Assembly: GCF_016026235.1 (NCBI RefSeq)
Contig: NZ_CP065613.1
Source of the DNA: Escherichia coli
GTDB taxonomy: Bacteria; Pseudomonadota; Gammaproteobacteria; Enterobacterales; Enterobacteriaceae
Direction: 5' to 3' (one strand)
DNA: 64,000 nucleotides
Part shown: one piece after another, positions 35,414 through 45,687 of the stretch
Position numbering within the stretch: position 1 is the first letter of the stretch
How the letters are laid out: every line of letters begins with the position of its first letter
Notes under the pieces: generated by a model
Told to the model about the DNA's origin: nothing
Database searches by the model: none
Seen by the model: the letters and a program-made list of their open reading frames with translations, nothing else
Position numbers and translations under genes: made by a program

Positions 35414-35950
35414 TTAATTTTGTTCGTTATCGGCGTCGCCAGCCTGGTAATATTCCAGTGCCCAGCGGATACGGATAAATTCGGTTGGCCGCTGCTGGCG
35501 GCGGTGATGATTGAGCAGGTCGTCGCTCTCCTGGCACCAGCGGAAAATATCTTCTGCCAAAGAGATAAGATTGACGGAACCGTTTAATAATTTGACCGCG
35601 CGACGTAACTGACGCAGTAAATCATCCGGCGTTTTTACTGCCGACAGGCGAGTAAAACGCCCCTCCGACATTACCGCCGCCAGCTGCGCGGCAAAAGGCT
35701 GCCGTTCATCAATGGCTTTTACATTGGCGCTAACTGCGGCGACCAGCGCCAGTGCGGTAAAACGCCACTCTTGTGCTTCAATTTTCCACAAAGTGTGGGT
35801 CTGCATCAGCAGAGAACGAAACCCTTCTGACAAGCAAACATCATTAACCGTTGTGCTACGCCGCAGACTGGCACGATTGCCGCGTTTAGCCTGCAACTCT
35901 TCGTGCCATTTACGCAGCGTGGCTTTGTGCTCCTCTTTTACAATACTCAT
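35414..35950 (-). CDS. cse2: Cse2 (CasB) Cascade small subunit
   Basis: ORF track 178 aa; position between cse1 and cas7. Confidence 0.85.
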   Translation of the reverse strand: MSIVKEEHKATLRKWHEELQAKRGNRASLRRSTTVNDVCLSEGFRSLLMQTHTLWKIEAQEWRFTALALVAAVSANVKAIDERQPFAAQLAAVMSEGRFTRLSAVKTPDDLLRQLRRAVKLLNGSVNLISLAEDIFRWCQESDDLLNHHRRQQRPTEFIRIRWALEYYQAGDADNEQN

Positions 35951-37509
35951 TCAGCAGCCTCCTGCTTTTTCTCCCTGGCGGCGTTAGCATTTTGCTTCTC
36001 CGCTGATGTTGTAAAATATTTCTTGCGTGCGGTCATGACGCGTTCCAAATCAACGGGCTCATATGGATTGGTAAAGACACGATCGTCAAAATCCTGACGC
36101 GCGAATAACCACATTTCCTTTTGCCATTTACTGAGTAATTCGTCCGGATCCTGACCTTCTTCAATTTTGCGCACTAATCTCAGGAATCGATGCTGAGTTT
36201 TGTTCCAGAAGTCGATATCCACAAAACTAAAATCACCCCTTGCACCTTTTGGATCGGAGAACCATGCTTCTTTCAATGCACTCCGTAACAGACTTAGAAT
36301 CCGTGAAGCTGTTTGCGCAGCCAGCCGCAGCTTCGGTATCTGACCTTCTTTTTTATCGAGCAGCAGCGGGAAATGGTGTTCGTACCAACAGCGCGCTTTC
36401 ATGTTGTCGAAATCATAGCCAAATCCCCACAGGCCCACTTTTGCCTGCTTGAGACTGCTGGCATTGAAGAGTTTCACCACCAGCGCGGGAAGTTCCGTAT
36501 TGTTTTCTGATTTACCCGTTTCGATAAGGCCTAACCAGTCACGCCAGATTAAACCGCCCGGTTGTGGTTTAACGGAGTAAAACTCGCCACCCTCTTTAAG
36601 TGGTACACGGTAAGGCGTTAAGGGATGCTGCCACATGGCATAATTCGCACCGTAATTTTTGGTCGTCATCAGGCTCAGGAGCGCGTCGCTCTGCTCACCG
36701 CAAATATCGCAGTTGCCGACTGTCGTGGTATTAAAATCAATACGAATACGGCGAGGCATTCCCCAGTACGCCTGGAGTTTATTGACCTGCTCATCGGTTA
36801 CCACCGCACCGGCCAGTTCGCTGGTGCGCGTCGGGCCAAGCCAGGGGAAAACCAGATCGTCAAATTTTTTGGGTAGCGGTAAATCGGCTTCATCCTGCGG
36901 CATGACATTGATCCACAGTTTGCGCCACAAGGGAGTTTGTTGATTACCCTGATATTCCTGTAATTCAATCAGAGTGGTCATCGGCCCACCGCCGCGTAAA
37001 CCGGTGCGGTAGCCTTTGCCACCTGACGGCGCATTCAACTGTAGGGAGAACAGAGCTAACGCAGAACAATGTGGGCACAGGTATTCCGTTACACCACGCT
37101 TGATAAAGTGGTCTTTATTAAACTTCGTTGTTTGAGCGCCGGGAATCTCAGGCAGTAGCGAAGCGACCGGAACTTTATCTCCGGTGAGCGCCTCGAAATC
37201 CTGCATAAATGAAGGGGAATCTGGCCCAAACTGGAAAGCATGTTCTAATGACAGCAATGCTTCCCGTAGCTTTTCAGCTTCCAGTCCGTCTTCCCAGATA
37301 TCATCCCAACGACGATGATCTTTTGGCGCGAAGCTGGTTTGTAGTAGCCCCAGCAAAAACTGCCATACCGCACCCTGGAGATCTGCCCGCGGCGCAGAAA
37401 TATCGACAACATTTTCATCCGCCAGATCGACTGGCGCCAGTTTGCCTGTCGTTCCGTCTTTAAAACGAACGGGCAACCACGGGGTTGTCAGAAGTGAAAA
37501 CGAGTTCAT
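35947..37509 (-). CDS. cse1: Cse1 (CasA) Cascade large subunit
   Basis: ORF 35947..37578; probable start MNSFSLLTTPWLPV at 37509 with GAGGA RBS; about 520 aa. Confidence 0.85.
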   Translation of the reverse strand: MNSFSLLTTPWLPVRFKDGTTGKLAPVDLADENVVDISAPRADLQGAVWQFLLGLLQTSFAPKDHRRWDDIWEDGLEAEKLREALLSLEHAFQFGPDSPSFMQDFEALTGDKVPVASLLPEIPGAQTTKFNKDHFIKRGVTEYLCPHCSALALFSLQLNAPSGGKGYRTGLRGGGPMTTLIELQEYQGNQQTPLWRKLWINVMPQDEADLPLPKKFDDLVFPWLGPTRTSELAGAVVTDEQVNKLQAYWGMPRRIRIDFNTTTVGNCDICGEQSDALLSLMTTKNYGANYAMWQHPLTPYRVPLKEGGEFYSVKPQPGGLIWRDWLGLIETGKSENNTELPALVVKLFNASSLKQAKVGLWGFGYDFDNMKARCWYEHHFPLLLDKKEGQIPKLRLAAQTASRILSLLRSALKEAWFSDPKGARGDFSFVDIDFWNKTQHRFLRLVRKIEEGQDPDELLSKWQKEMWLFARQDFDDRVFTNPYEPVDLERVMTARKKYFTTSAEKQNANAAREKKQEAAE

Positions 37510-37606
37510 ACGCATCCTCTCGTAAAAAAGACCATCCCAGGTCGGTTGTCCATCTTTCCATCCTTTTCGGTGTATCAACTATTCAGAGAGTCCTGTCGCA
37601 GACATC

Positions 37607-40295
37607 TCAACCAACCTTGCCAATCAATCCTTCCGTAGCCGAATACCCGCAACTTTCGTCATCGTTGACTAAAATCACGTTTGCCATCTCCGGATCTTGT
37701 CGCTGTTCAATGCACCACAGCCTGAACGCCTCTCCCTCCAGTAAAGAAAACTCATCCCGATGTTTTTTCCACCAGCTTCGGCGCACTCTGACAACGCTCA
37801 TTTCCCATGCGTGAGCACCGGTGGCATAAGGCTTCACCACACCGTCAATACAGGTAGCCAGCCACAGGGAAACAGACTCCTCAGCCAGACGTGTCGACAG
37901 TTTTTCTGGGAGGTAATCGTTGATATTGGCGGCATAGCCGGGCCTGAAGTTCAGCACAAACTTTTTAGCCATTGCGCGATCACAGTAATATTTGCCCACT
38001 TGCTCCTGCTCGCTGCGGGAAAATCCTTCCGGCATTACCACGTCCTCACCGTAGACGGATTCAATAAGAAGCCGGGCTGCGTGTGGCATCTGAATAGCGC
38101 CTTGCCCACGCAGCACACGCTGCGTCAGCCAGATTCGCCCATGATCGGGGTAGACAAATGCACTGTTACGCATCGCACTGCCAAACCATTCATCACCCGG
38201 AGAGTCGTCCCAGACGGGTGCCAGAATCAGCAATTCAGGAGGGGAACGCTCGTCTTTTCCGTCACGCTTTAACTGACCATTAATATCGCGAATATGCCGC
38301 TGTAATCGCCCCGCTCGCTGGATTAGCAAATCAATGGGGGCCAGGTCGGAGATCATTTCGTCCATATCGCAATCAACGCTCTGCTCCAATACCTGAGTGC
38401 TAATAAGGACTTTTCCGGCACGCTGTGAGCTACCTTCTTTACCAAAGCGTGCCAGCGTTTCCGTTTCAATTCGCTGGCGATCGCTAAAAGCAAAGCGGCT
38501 ATGAAAAAGTGAAAGGCTGGAAGCAGGAATGACGCCGCGGGCAAGCAGCTGACGATAAACCTTAATAGCGTCATCGACAGAATTCCGGATCCAGGCGATG
38601 CATTTCCCCTGACTCACCGCCGATTCGATACGCGCAATACACTCTTGTTCGCTATGAAGCCAACCCACGCTCACGCTACGCTCAACGTCTTTGCGCGTCG
38701 CTACCCGGTGTGAATTCACATTGGATTTCGTAACGTGCGTCAGCCAGGGGTAATCATCCTTTTCAAGGAACGGAGCTTCTTGCTGGCCCTCTGTACCCCG
38801 CGCAAAGGCGGCGACGAGTTTGTCGCGCTGCTGTTGGGATAACGTAGCAGAAAGCAAAATGACGCTGTTTCCACCACGCGCCTGCCGCTCGATCAGCCCT
38901 TCAAGAATGCATGACATGTAAGCGTCACAGGCGTGGATCTCATCAGCCAGCAGGATTTTGTTACTCAGCCCCAGAAGCCGCAGATTATTATGTTTGAACG
39001 GCATCACCGCCATCATCGCCTGATCCAGCGTGCCGACGCCAATTTCAGCCAGTAAAGCCTTCTTGTTACTGTCGGCAAACCAGGCTGCACATCCTTGACT
39101 GAACGCTTGTTCATCCGGTTCTTCTGACCCGACTAAATCACCGGACCAGAGTGATTCATTAAAGCGGTCCATTAATGTACGGGCGCTGTGTGCCAGCACC
39201 AGGCTGGGGCGGGATTCTGGCGAATAGAAAGAAAGCCAGGTTTTGACCAGCCGATCGTACATGGCATCGGCCGTTGCCATTGTTGGCAGGCCAAAGCGCT
39301 TTACCCGCAGCCATCAACCTGTGCGCCAGGATAAGCGCCGCTTCTGTTTTACCTGCGCCAGTCACATCTTCCAGAATAAATAACTGTGGCCCTGGCTGGC
39401 TGATATCCAGATCCAGTACCTTTTGCTGTAATGGTGTCGAGTGCTCAATAAAAGGAAACAGCGTATTAATTCCGGTGAAAGGTGCGGTTTCTGCTTTTGG
39501 AGGAAAGACGGTTAAGGCGTTTTGTGCCTGAACTAAAGTTTTCTGCCAGTAATCTTTAATATTCATTGTCTGTGCGACGCGTGGAAAAAATCGCGTTGAC
39601 GAACCCGTCCAGTCTGCGAGTACGACTGTTGCAGAGATATACCAGGAAAGTTGTTTTAAAAGTTCAACGCCCTCGTCATCATCCCAGAATGTGGGAATCT
39701 CTATGAGCGGAAACAGTGCCTTGATTGCAAGGAGAAAATCTCGCGCGGCAGCTTTGTCTTCAGGCAGAAAATTATCCAGCTCATCAATACGGTCAGGTGG
39801 TCGACCATGATGCCCGGTAGTTATGGACATCCACATCTCTATTACACGTGTAAGTTTACGAGAAGAGAGTGAAGATGAAGGAAGCAACTCCTCACATTCA
39901 CTTAAATAATAATTCCACAGCCAGTAACCCAGCGTTGAATGAGAGATCTTTTCGTAATTCTTTCTGGAACCTTCCGGAATCTTGAGTTCAGGGGCCAGGT
40001 AAAGTTGCTGAAAAGAGCGGGCAAATTTTCCAATATCGTGCCAGCACAGCAACCAGGCGAAAAATTGAGCCGCCTGTTCCTTGTCAGAAATCCCTAATTG
40101 ACGAAAATAATCAGCCAGCCCGAAGCAATTTCTTTTAACCATTAAATAGCCCATCGCGGCTACATCCAGCGAATGCCAGCAAAGAAGGTGATAGTCGTCG
40201 CCCCCGTCTTTCTCGCCGCGTCGGGTTTTTCCCCAGAAATCAAAAAAAGTCACAATATTTTTATCCTTCAGTAAACTTAAAGGATATTTACGCAT
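37607..40295 (-). pseudogene. cas3: Cas3 HD nuclease/helicase gene with a frameshift between helicase motif I (GAGKTEAA) and motif Ia (FGLPTMATADAM), around 39290..39300
   Basis: ORF track gives two overlapping minus-strand ORFs in different frames (39159..40295 with HD domain and Walker A; 37607..39280 with remaining helicase motifs); junction reads ...MAAGKA / FGLPTMATA, consistent with a 1-nt insertion or 2-nt deletion. Confidence 0.8.
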
Positions 40296-40473
40296 ATATT
40301 AAAAATTATCTGTGATATATATCAGCCAATAAAACATTTATATTGTGAATAAATTTATGATTTTCATTTGAAATTCATAATAATAAATAGAGACAATATA
40401 TTCACATAAAAAATATAAATTTAAAAAAGGGTGCAGGAGACCAAACCATCACAATTCAATACGCGGGGTTTTA

Positions 40474-41773
40474 CCCCTGAGGGATCCCCAGAAAATTTAG
40501 TAAACCATTATCATATTGGTATACCGTTGCTGTAGAACTTTCAGCCCTGCGTCAAGTGACAGTGTGTTTAGTATGAGTGGAGAATGTCGAATCACATTCT
40601 CCGCCAGTTTTAATAACGAGATGACTCGCCTGTGCTTCACTGTATTTGCCTGATATTTATGATGTATCCCTTTGTTTTCCAGGCTGAAACCGCTTAACCA
40701 CATAATGATACTGGCTAATGTTGCGATCAGACTCAATACCGTGACCCGCCCGGATGAATGACTGGCACCAAACCGTAGTCCAAATCCCCAGCGAGGATTT
40801 TTTTCATCCCTGAAATTTTGCTCAATTTGCATTCTACGGCTGTATAATTTCATTACCTGTTTTGGCGAGAACTCAGTACTGTTTGTGAAAATAAACCATG
40901 GTGATTTCCCGGCAGTACGAGCTTTAGCCGTCACCGATGGTCTGGTTGCTCTTTCCTTCGAGCGTTTAAATCTACGACCTTTAGGCTTACTTTTATAAAG
41001 ATAAAAATGCCCTTCATGTTGTGCATTTTTATCTCGACCCAGCAGGCCTTCACCTAAATAAATTGCTGTCGTTGATGCTTTTGTGCCTGAGTCCGACACC
41101 TTTTCCCAGCCATTACCAACATTGTAATAATGATTGCCCAGTACCCGGCAAATATAGGTCCAGCCACGGGAGCGGAGCTGTTGGAACCATCGCCCCTGAA
41201 AACCGGCATCTGTAATAACAATGACATCAGTCCCGGGGGAAAAGCACTCAGCAAGCGATTCCAGAAAACGCTCATGTACATCTGCATTCGCTGTCTGTGA
41301 TGATGGAACGACACAACTCATCAACGGTAAAGAACGCCCGTCACATGCCAGGCTTGCCCGCAAAAGCTGAAAACGAGAGGCATGATAAGCACTCCAGTCA
41401 ATGAGTATCACAACACGAGACATTCCCCGCGTAATCTTTTGGGTAATTCGCTGAAAAATGGTGGAAACCTCATTTTGCAAATGTCGATTCCCCAACAGTC
41501 GATCCACCCGCTTTATTTTGTTTTTAACTGATGCCGTACCGGTTAAATGACGCCCGATACTGGTAAGTGTGAGGGAAGCGCCATTTATTACAGCATTAGT
41601 TGCGTCAATCAGTGATTTTTGACGGTAAAGATGCAAAGGGGCCAGTATGTTGTTAAGGAAATTTTGGCATAATGAACGTGCAGGCATAGTGGTGATCTCC
41701 TTGAAATTGTTAGCACAATCAATTAGATCACATCTCACTATGCCTGTCTTGTTTTCTGGGGATTCCTCAGGGG
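40474..41773 (-). mobile_element. IS4-family (IS10-like) insertion sequence, about 1.3 kb, imperfect 22-bp terminal inverted repeats, no flanking direct repeat
   Basis: Left end CCCCTGAGGGATCCCCAGAAAA (40474..40495) versus reverse complement of right end CCCCTGAGGAATCCCCAGAAAA (41752..41773), 21/22 identical; CTGAnnnATCCCC termini resemble IS10; single DDE transposase ORF inside. Confidence 0.85.
40497..41687 (-). CDS. IS10-like DDE transposase (IS4 family)
   Basis: ORF 40497..41810; real start probably internal MPARSLCQNF at 41687 (GGAG RBS); IS10-transposase-like KRVDRLLGNRHL, ILIDWS, VITDAGF and YSRRMQIEQNFRDEK (Y-2-R-3-E-6-K) motifs. Confidence 0.85.
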   Translation of the reverse strand: MPARSLCQNFLNNILAPLHLYRQKSLIDATNAVINGASLTLTSIGRHLTGTASVKNKIKRVDRLLGNRHLQNEVSTIFQRITQKITRGMSRVVILIDWSAYHASRFQLLRASLACDGRSLPLMSCVVPSSQTANADVHERFLESLAECFSPGTDVIVITDAGFQGRWFQQLRSRGWTYICRVLGNHYYNVGNGWEKVSDSGTKASTTAIYLGEGLLGRDKNAQHEGHFYLYKSKPKGRRFKRSKERATRPSVTAKARTAGKSPWFIFTNSTEFSPKQVMKLYSRRMQIEQNFRDEKNPRWGFGLRFGASHSSGRVTVLSLIATLASIIMWLSGFSLENKGIHHKYQANTVKHRRVISLLKLAENVIRHSPLILNTLSLDAGLKVLQQRYTNMIMVY

Positions 41774-41949
41774 CGATCCTCCAGTTCAAATATAAGGTCA
41801 GAACCTGCATGGTTTATATCAGACATCCCTTCACTCCTTTTAAAGTAAATTTGATCATCTGAATTAGTAAAATAAATTCCCACGAATTTGGGGCGCAGGA
41901 CGCCTTGAGAACGGCTTATCTCATTTTCGCAGTCACTATTTAGTCATCG

Positions 41950-41981
41950 TTCAAACAGAGAAACAGGCCGCCGAAGCGGCC
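41950..41981 (-). terminator. Intrinsic terminator downstream of xdhD
   Basis: On the xdhD-sense strand GGCCGC-UUCG-GCGGCC hairpin followed by a U-rich tract, 10 nt after the stop. Confidence 0.55.
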
Positions 41982-41990
41982 ATTTATTAT

Positions 41991-44861
41991 TTATATTTTT
42001 TCCAGCGCAGTGAGTATTTTCTCCGGTGTGAAATGCCATTCGCGTAACCAGATGCCGCATGCATCGTGAATTGCGGTAGCAATCGCCGGAGCTGCGCCAT
42101 TTACACCGATTTCCGAGATCGATTTCGCCCCGAACGGGCCGACTTTATCGTCGCTCGGCACCAGCACAGCGCGGAAATCACGCGGAATGTCACCAATTTT
42201 CGGTGCGCCGTAACTGCGTAAATCACGCGTTAACGGGTGACCTTCGGCGTCATAAATGATCTCTTCGCTCATACTGTGGCCGATAGCACGCAGGGTGGCA
42301 CCGTAGATTTGTCCCAACGCTAACTCTGGATTGACCGGTGTACCGCAGTCCAGCAAGGCGTAGAATTTATCCAGGCGGATTTCACCCGTACGCGTGTTGA
42401 CGGCAACTTCAGCGAAGTTTGCGCCATACGGGAAAGCGAAATCAGGCGTGATATAACTGCCAGTTCCCACCAGTGAACCAAAGCCGGTGCCGGTTTCGCC
42501 TTTATGGGCAATATCCCCGAAACTAACTTCGCCTTTCTTGCCGCGCACGACGCCCGGCGTTGCTAGTTGAACATCTGCCACTGGCTCACCCAACATTTGC
42601 GCGCCGTGGAACAGAATTTTCTCCCGCAGATTTTCCGCTGCCAAACGCGCCGCGTTACCCGAGAAGCAAGTACCGGACGAGGCATATGCGCCTTTATCAA
42701 ACAACGCATGATCGGTATCACCGGAGATAACATGCACGTCCTGCGGTGGGCAGTGCAGCACTTCTGCTGCCAGTTTCGTCACTACAGTATCCAGACCAGT
42801 ACCAATATCCGCACCGCCAGAATGAACGATAAAGGTGCCGTCCGATTCCAGTTTGATCATGCAGTTAGCCTGATCGATATCCGGGATACCCGATTTCTGC
42901 ATGATAATGGCGACGCCGCGACCGATGTGCCAGTCACCATTTTGCGGTTTCGGTGAAGACCATTGGATCATCTCGCGACCCTGACGCAGGATCTCTTCCA
43001 GTGCGCAGCTGGCGGCGGAAGGAACGGAGGTCGGCGCTTTACCTTCACCGATTGCACCGAGAATTTTCAGCTCTTGCCCTTCGTGTACCCGGTTACGTTC
43101 GATAATTTCCAGTTGGTCGATCTGTAACTGTTCAGCCAGTTCCGCTAATGCCATGGTGATAGCGAAGTTACCTTTCGGTGCGCCATAACCCTGATAAGCA
43201 CCATTTGGGCAAATGTTGCTGTAGTAGGTGGTGACCTGGAAATCGACGTTATCGCACGGATATAACGGCAGCGACAGCGCCGGTCCGTTACATGGTACGG
43301 TGAGTGAGTGGTTGCCGTAAGGGCCAGTGTTGGCGCGGAAATCCATCTTCACTGCCGTCAGGCGACCATCTTTTTTCGCTCCCAGTTTGACGGTGACTTT
43401 CGCGACGTGACGAGAGGTGTTAGCAATAAACTCTTCTTCACGGGTGTAGCGGAACAGGACCGGACGCCCGGTCACGCAGGTTGCCCAGGCGCACACTTCT
43501 TCCAGCAGGATGTCCTGTTTGGAACCAAAACCGCCGCCAACTCGTTCTTTAATGACATGAACTTTATGCTGTTTCATGCCCACGAGGCGCGCGACCTGGC
43601 GGCGTAAGTGCCATGGTACCTGGGTGGAGGCGTGGATAACCAGACGATCGCCGTCCATACGAGTAAAGCAGATATGTGTTTCAGTCGGGCACTGCTGCGC
43701 TTGCGTTGAGTTATAGGTTCGCTCAATGATCACATCGGCATCGGCAAAGCCTTTGTCCATATCGCCAATATGACCATGAATACTGGCGGCGATATTTTTG
43801 CGTGGACGAGAACCGATCGGGAAGTTGATGATCATATGCTCGCCGCGCTGGGCTGCATGGCTGTTATCGTCTTCCAGAGTATCTGGCGCACCAGCAACAT
43901 ACACAACCGGTTCATCGTGCACGACAGGCGCATCTTCCGCCATTGCTTCGTCGATCGACATTACCGGTTTAAGCACTTCATATTCAACGTCGATGAGCTT
44001 CAATGCTTCAAGCGCAATTTCTTCACTTTCAGCGACGACCGCAGCAACACGATCGCCGACGTGACGCATTTTCTTGCCGAACATACGGCGGTCAAGCGGT
44101 GACGGTTCCGGTGCGCTCTGCCCCCCCGGGGTATAGTAGATATCCGGGCAATTCAGATGAGTAATAACGTGAACGACGCCCGGTAAGGCTTCAGCTTTGC
44201 TGACATCCAGATGAGTAATCAGTGCGTGAGCGTGTGGGCTACGTAACATTTTAATGACGCAGGCGTCAGCCGTTACGCGGTCTTCAACATAGCAGGGCTT
44301 CGCCTGCACCATTTTTGCGGCATCAGTTTTAGGATAATGCTTACCAATGACTTCAAGGTCGTCACGGAAAGTCGGAGCGATATCAATGGTGGCCTGCGGA
44401 TTATTTTTACGTGCAACCGCCAGTTCAATGACCTGATAGTATTGTTGCCAGCCTGCATCGCGGCTGAACAAACCAGAAAGCGCGTCGTCGATCTCTTCGC
44501 GGGTAGGTGCGGCGATGCGATCGAGAAGATCGGTGATAATCAGAGCCGCAGCTGGATCGTTATAACCAGACTGCACCACGCCAACATCAACCATTGCCTG
44601 TTGAACCAGACTTAACTCGTTCCATTTGCCCAGAGATTCTGCGGTACGAATATCTGCCTTCTCTAACTGTGCGGCAATAAGCAAGGACGCGTTAACGATA
44701 TTACCGTTAAAGATAATTGCGTCAGAACCGGCAAACCCGAAGCCATCATCACTGTTGCGTACAGAGTGCATTCCCATGTTAAACAACAGCTTTTGCACGT
44801 TTTCGCCTGGATTAACGGTTAGCTCCTGAGGCGCGCCATTTAAAGTAAAGTGGATGATCAT
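41991..44861 (-). CDS. xdhD: Molybdopterin-dependent hydroxylase, large fused Fe-S / molybdopterin-binding subunit (XdhD)
   Basis: ORF track 956 aa; xanthine dehydrogenase/aldehyde oxidase family. Confidence 0.9.
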   Translation of the reverse strand: MIIHFTLNGAPQELTVNPGENVQKLLFNMGMHSVRNSDDGFGFAGSDAIIFNGNIVNASLLIAAQLEKADIRTAESLGKWNELSLVQQAMVDVGVVQSGYNDPAAALIITDLLDRIAAPTREEIDDALSGLFSRDAGWQQYYQVIELAVARKNNPQATIDIAPTFRDDLEVIGKHYPKTDAAKMVQAKPCYVEDRVTADACVIKMLRSPHAHALITHLDVSKAEALPGVVHVITHLNCPDIYYTPGGQSAPEPSPLDRRMFGKKMRHVGDRVAAVVAESEEIALEALKLIDVEYEVLKPVMSIDEAMAEDAPVVHDEPVVYVAGAPDTLEDDNSHAAQRGEHMIINFPIGSRPRKNIAASIHGHIGDMDKGFADADVIIERTYNSTQAQQCPTETHICFTRMDGDRLVIHASTQVPWHLRRQVARLVGMKQHKVHVIKERVGGGFGSKQDILLEEVCAWATCVTGRPVLFRYTREEEFIANTSRHVAKVTVKLGAKKDGRLTAVKMDFRANTGPYGNHSLTVPCNGPALSLPLYPCDNVDFQVTTYYSNICPNGAYQGYGAPKGNFAITMALAELAEQLQIDQLEIIERNRVHEGQELKILGAIGEGKAPTSVPSAASCALEEILRQGREMIQWSSPKPQNGDWHIGRGVAIIMQKSGIPDIDQANCMIKLESDGTFIVHSGGADIGTGLDTVVTKLAAEVLHCPPQDVHVISGDTDHALFDKGAYASSGTCFSGNAARLAAENLREKILFHGAQMLGEPVADVQLATPGVVRGKKGEVSFGDIAHKGETGTGFGSLVGTGSYITPDFAFPYGANFAEVAVNTRTGEIRLDKFYALLDCGTPVNPELALGQIYGATLRAIGHSMSEEIIYDAEGHPLTRDLRSYGAPKIGDIPRDFRAVLVPSDDKVGPFGAKSISEIGVNGAAPAIATAIHDACGIWLREWHFTPEKILTALEKI

Positions 44862-45637
44862 ACGGCTTCCTCCCCAGCCTGTTGGCAGTCGGCATACAGG
44901 TCGGCTACCAGAACTCCCGTGATATAGCGTTTATAGGCCACGCTGCCCCGCAAATCTTCCTGCGGGAAAATGGCGTTGGCGACAGCCTGTTCAAGTGCAT
45001 TGCCTTCCAGATTTTGTTTTTCGACATCGTGCAGACGCAGTGCTTTACTGGCGACGCCATCCAGCGCAATTCGCATACCGTCGTGGTCTGTCATTGCAAC
45101 GGCTGCCGTCACGACGGTTAAACCTGCCTGAGAACGGCTAATTTTGCGGGTCGCACAGGTGCGATACGGATCTTTAATGATAATTTCGGTTAGCAGGCGA
45201 TCGCATGGGCAGGTCAGGTAGTCCTCGATTGACAGCGTTTCGCCGTTGCCAAAAACCAGTTCAGCATCCAGTGCTAGCAGGACGGGAAGCAGCACCGACT
45301 CTTCCTGCCGGGCAGCGATTTCACCACCAATGGTCGACTGATTACGAACATGGCGTGAGTAAACAAAACCGAGGGCTTCACGCAGTGCTGCAGGAATAAA
45401 TCGCGCATCACGCAGTGGCTGCAAGCGAGACATTGCGCCAATCCGCAGTGCACCGTTATCCCAGTCAACCCAGTCCAGTTCCAGATCCTGTAAGGAGATG
45501 GCAATCTTTTTATCGGTACGGGTTGGTGTAGCATTGAGTTTGCTGCCCCCGGCGAACCAGACGGCTTCATCCTGGTAGCGGCGCTTCAGTTCCAGCGCCT
45601 GTTCGACAGAGTCGGGCCTGAAAAATTGTTCAATCAT
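44858..45637 (-). CDS. ygfM: FAD-binding subunit of molybdenum hydroxylase (YgfM)
   Basis: ORF track 259 aa; CO dehydrogenase flavoprotein-like; 4-bp overlap with xdhD. Confidence 0.88.
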   Translation of the reverse strand: MIEQFFRPDSVEQALELKRRYQDEAVWFAGGSKLNATPTRTDKKIAISLQDLELDWVDWDNGALRIGAMSRLQPLRDARFIPAALREALGFVYSRHVRNQSTIGGEIAARQEESVLLPVLLALDAELVFGNGETLSIEDYLTCPCDRLLTEIIIKDPYRTCATRKISRSQAGLTVVTAAVAMTDHDGMRIALDGVASKALRLHDVEKQNLEGNALEQAVANAIFPQEDLRGSVAYKRYITGVLVADLYADCQQAGEEAV

Positions 45638-45687
45638 CTTCTTTCCTTATTTAACCCTCTTCCCTGCGGGAAGAGGGCATCTGTCAT

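Noticed and set aside
41688..41810. N-terminal 41 codons of the transposase ORF (MQVLTLYLNWRIAPEESP...) extending across the right inverted repeat
   Set aside because: Alignment with IS10-type transposases starts at the internal Met (MPARSLCQ...), which has an RBS; the extension crosses the element terminus and is most likely an ORF-caller artefact.
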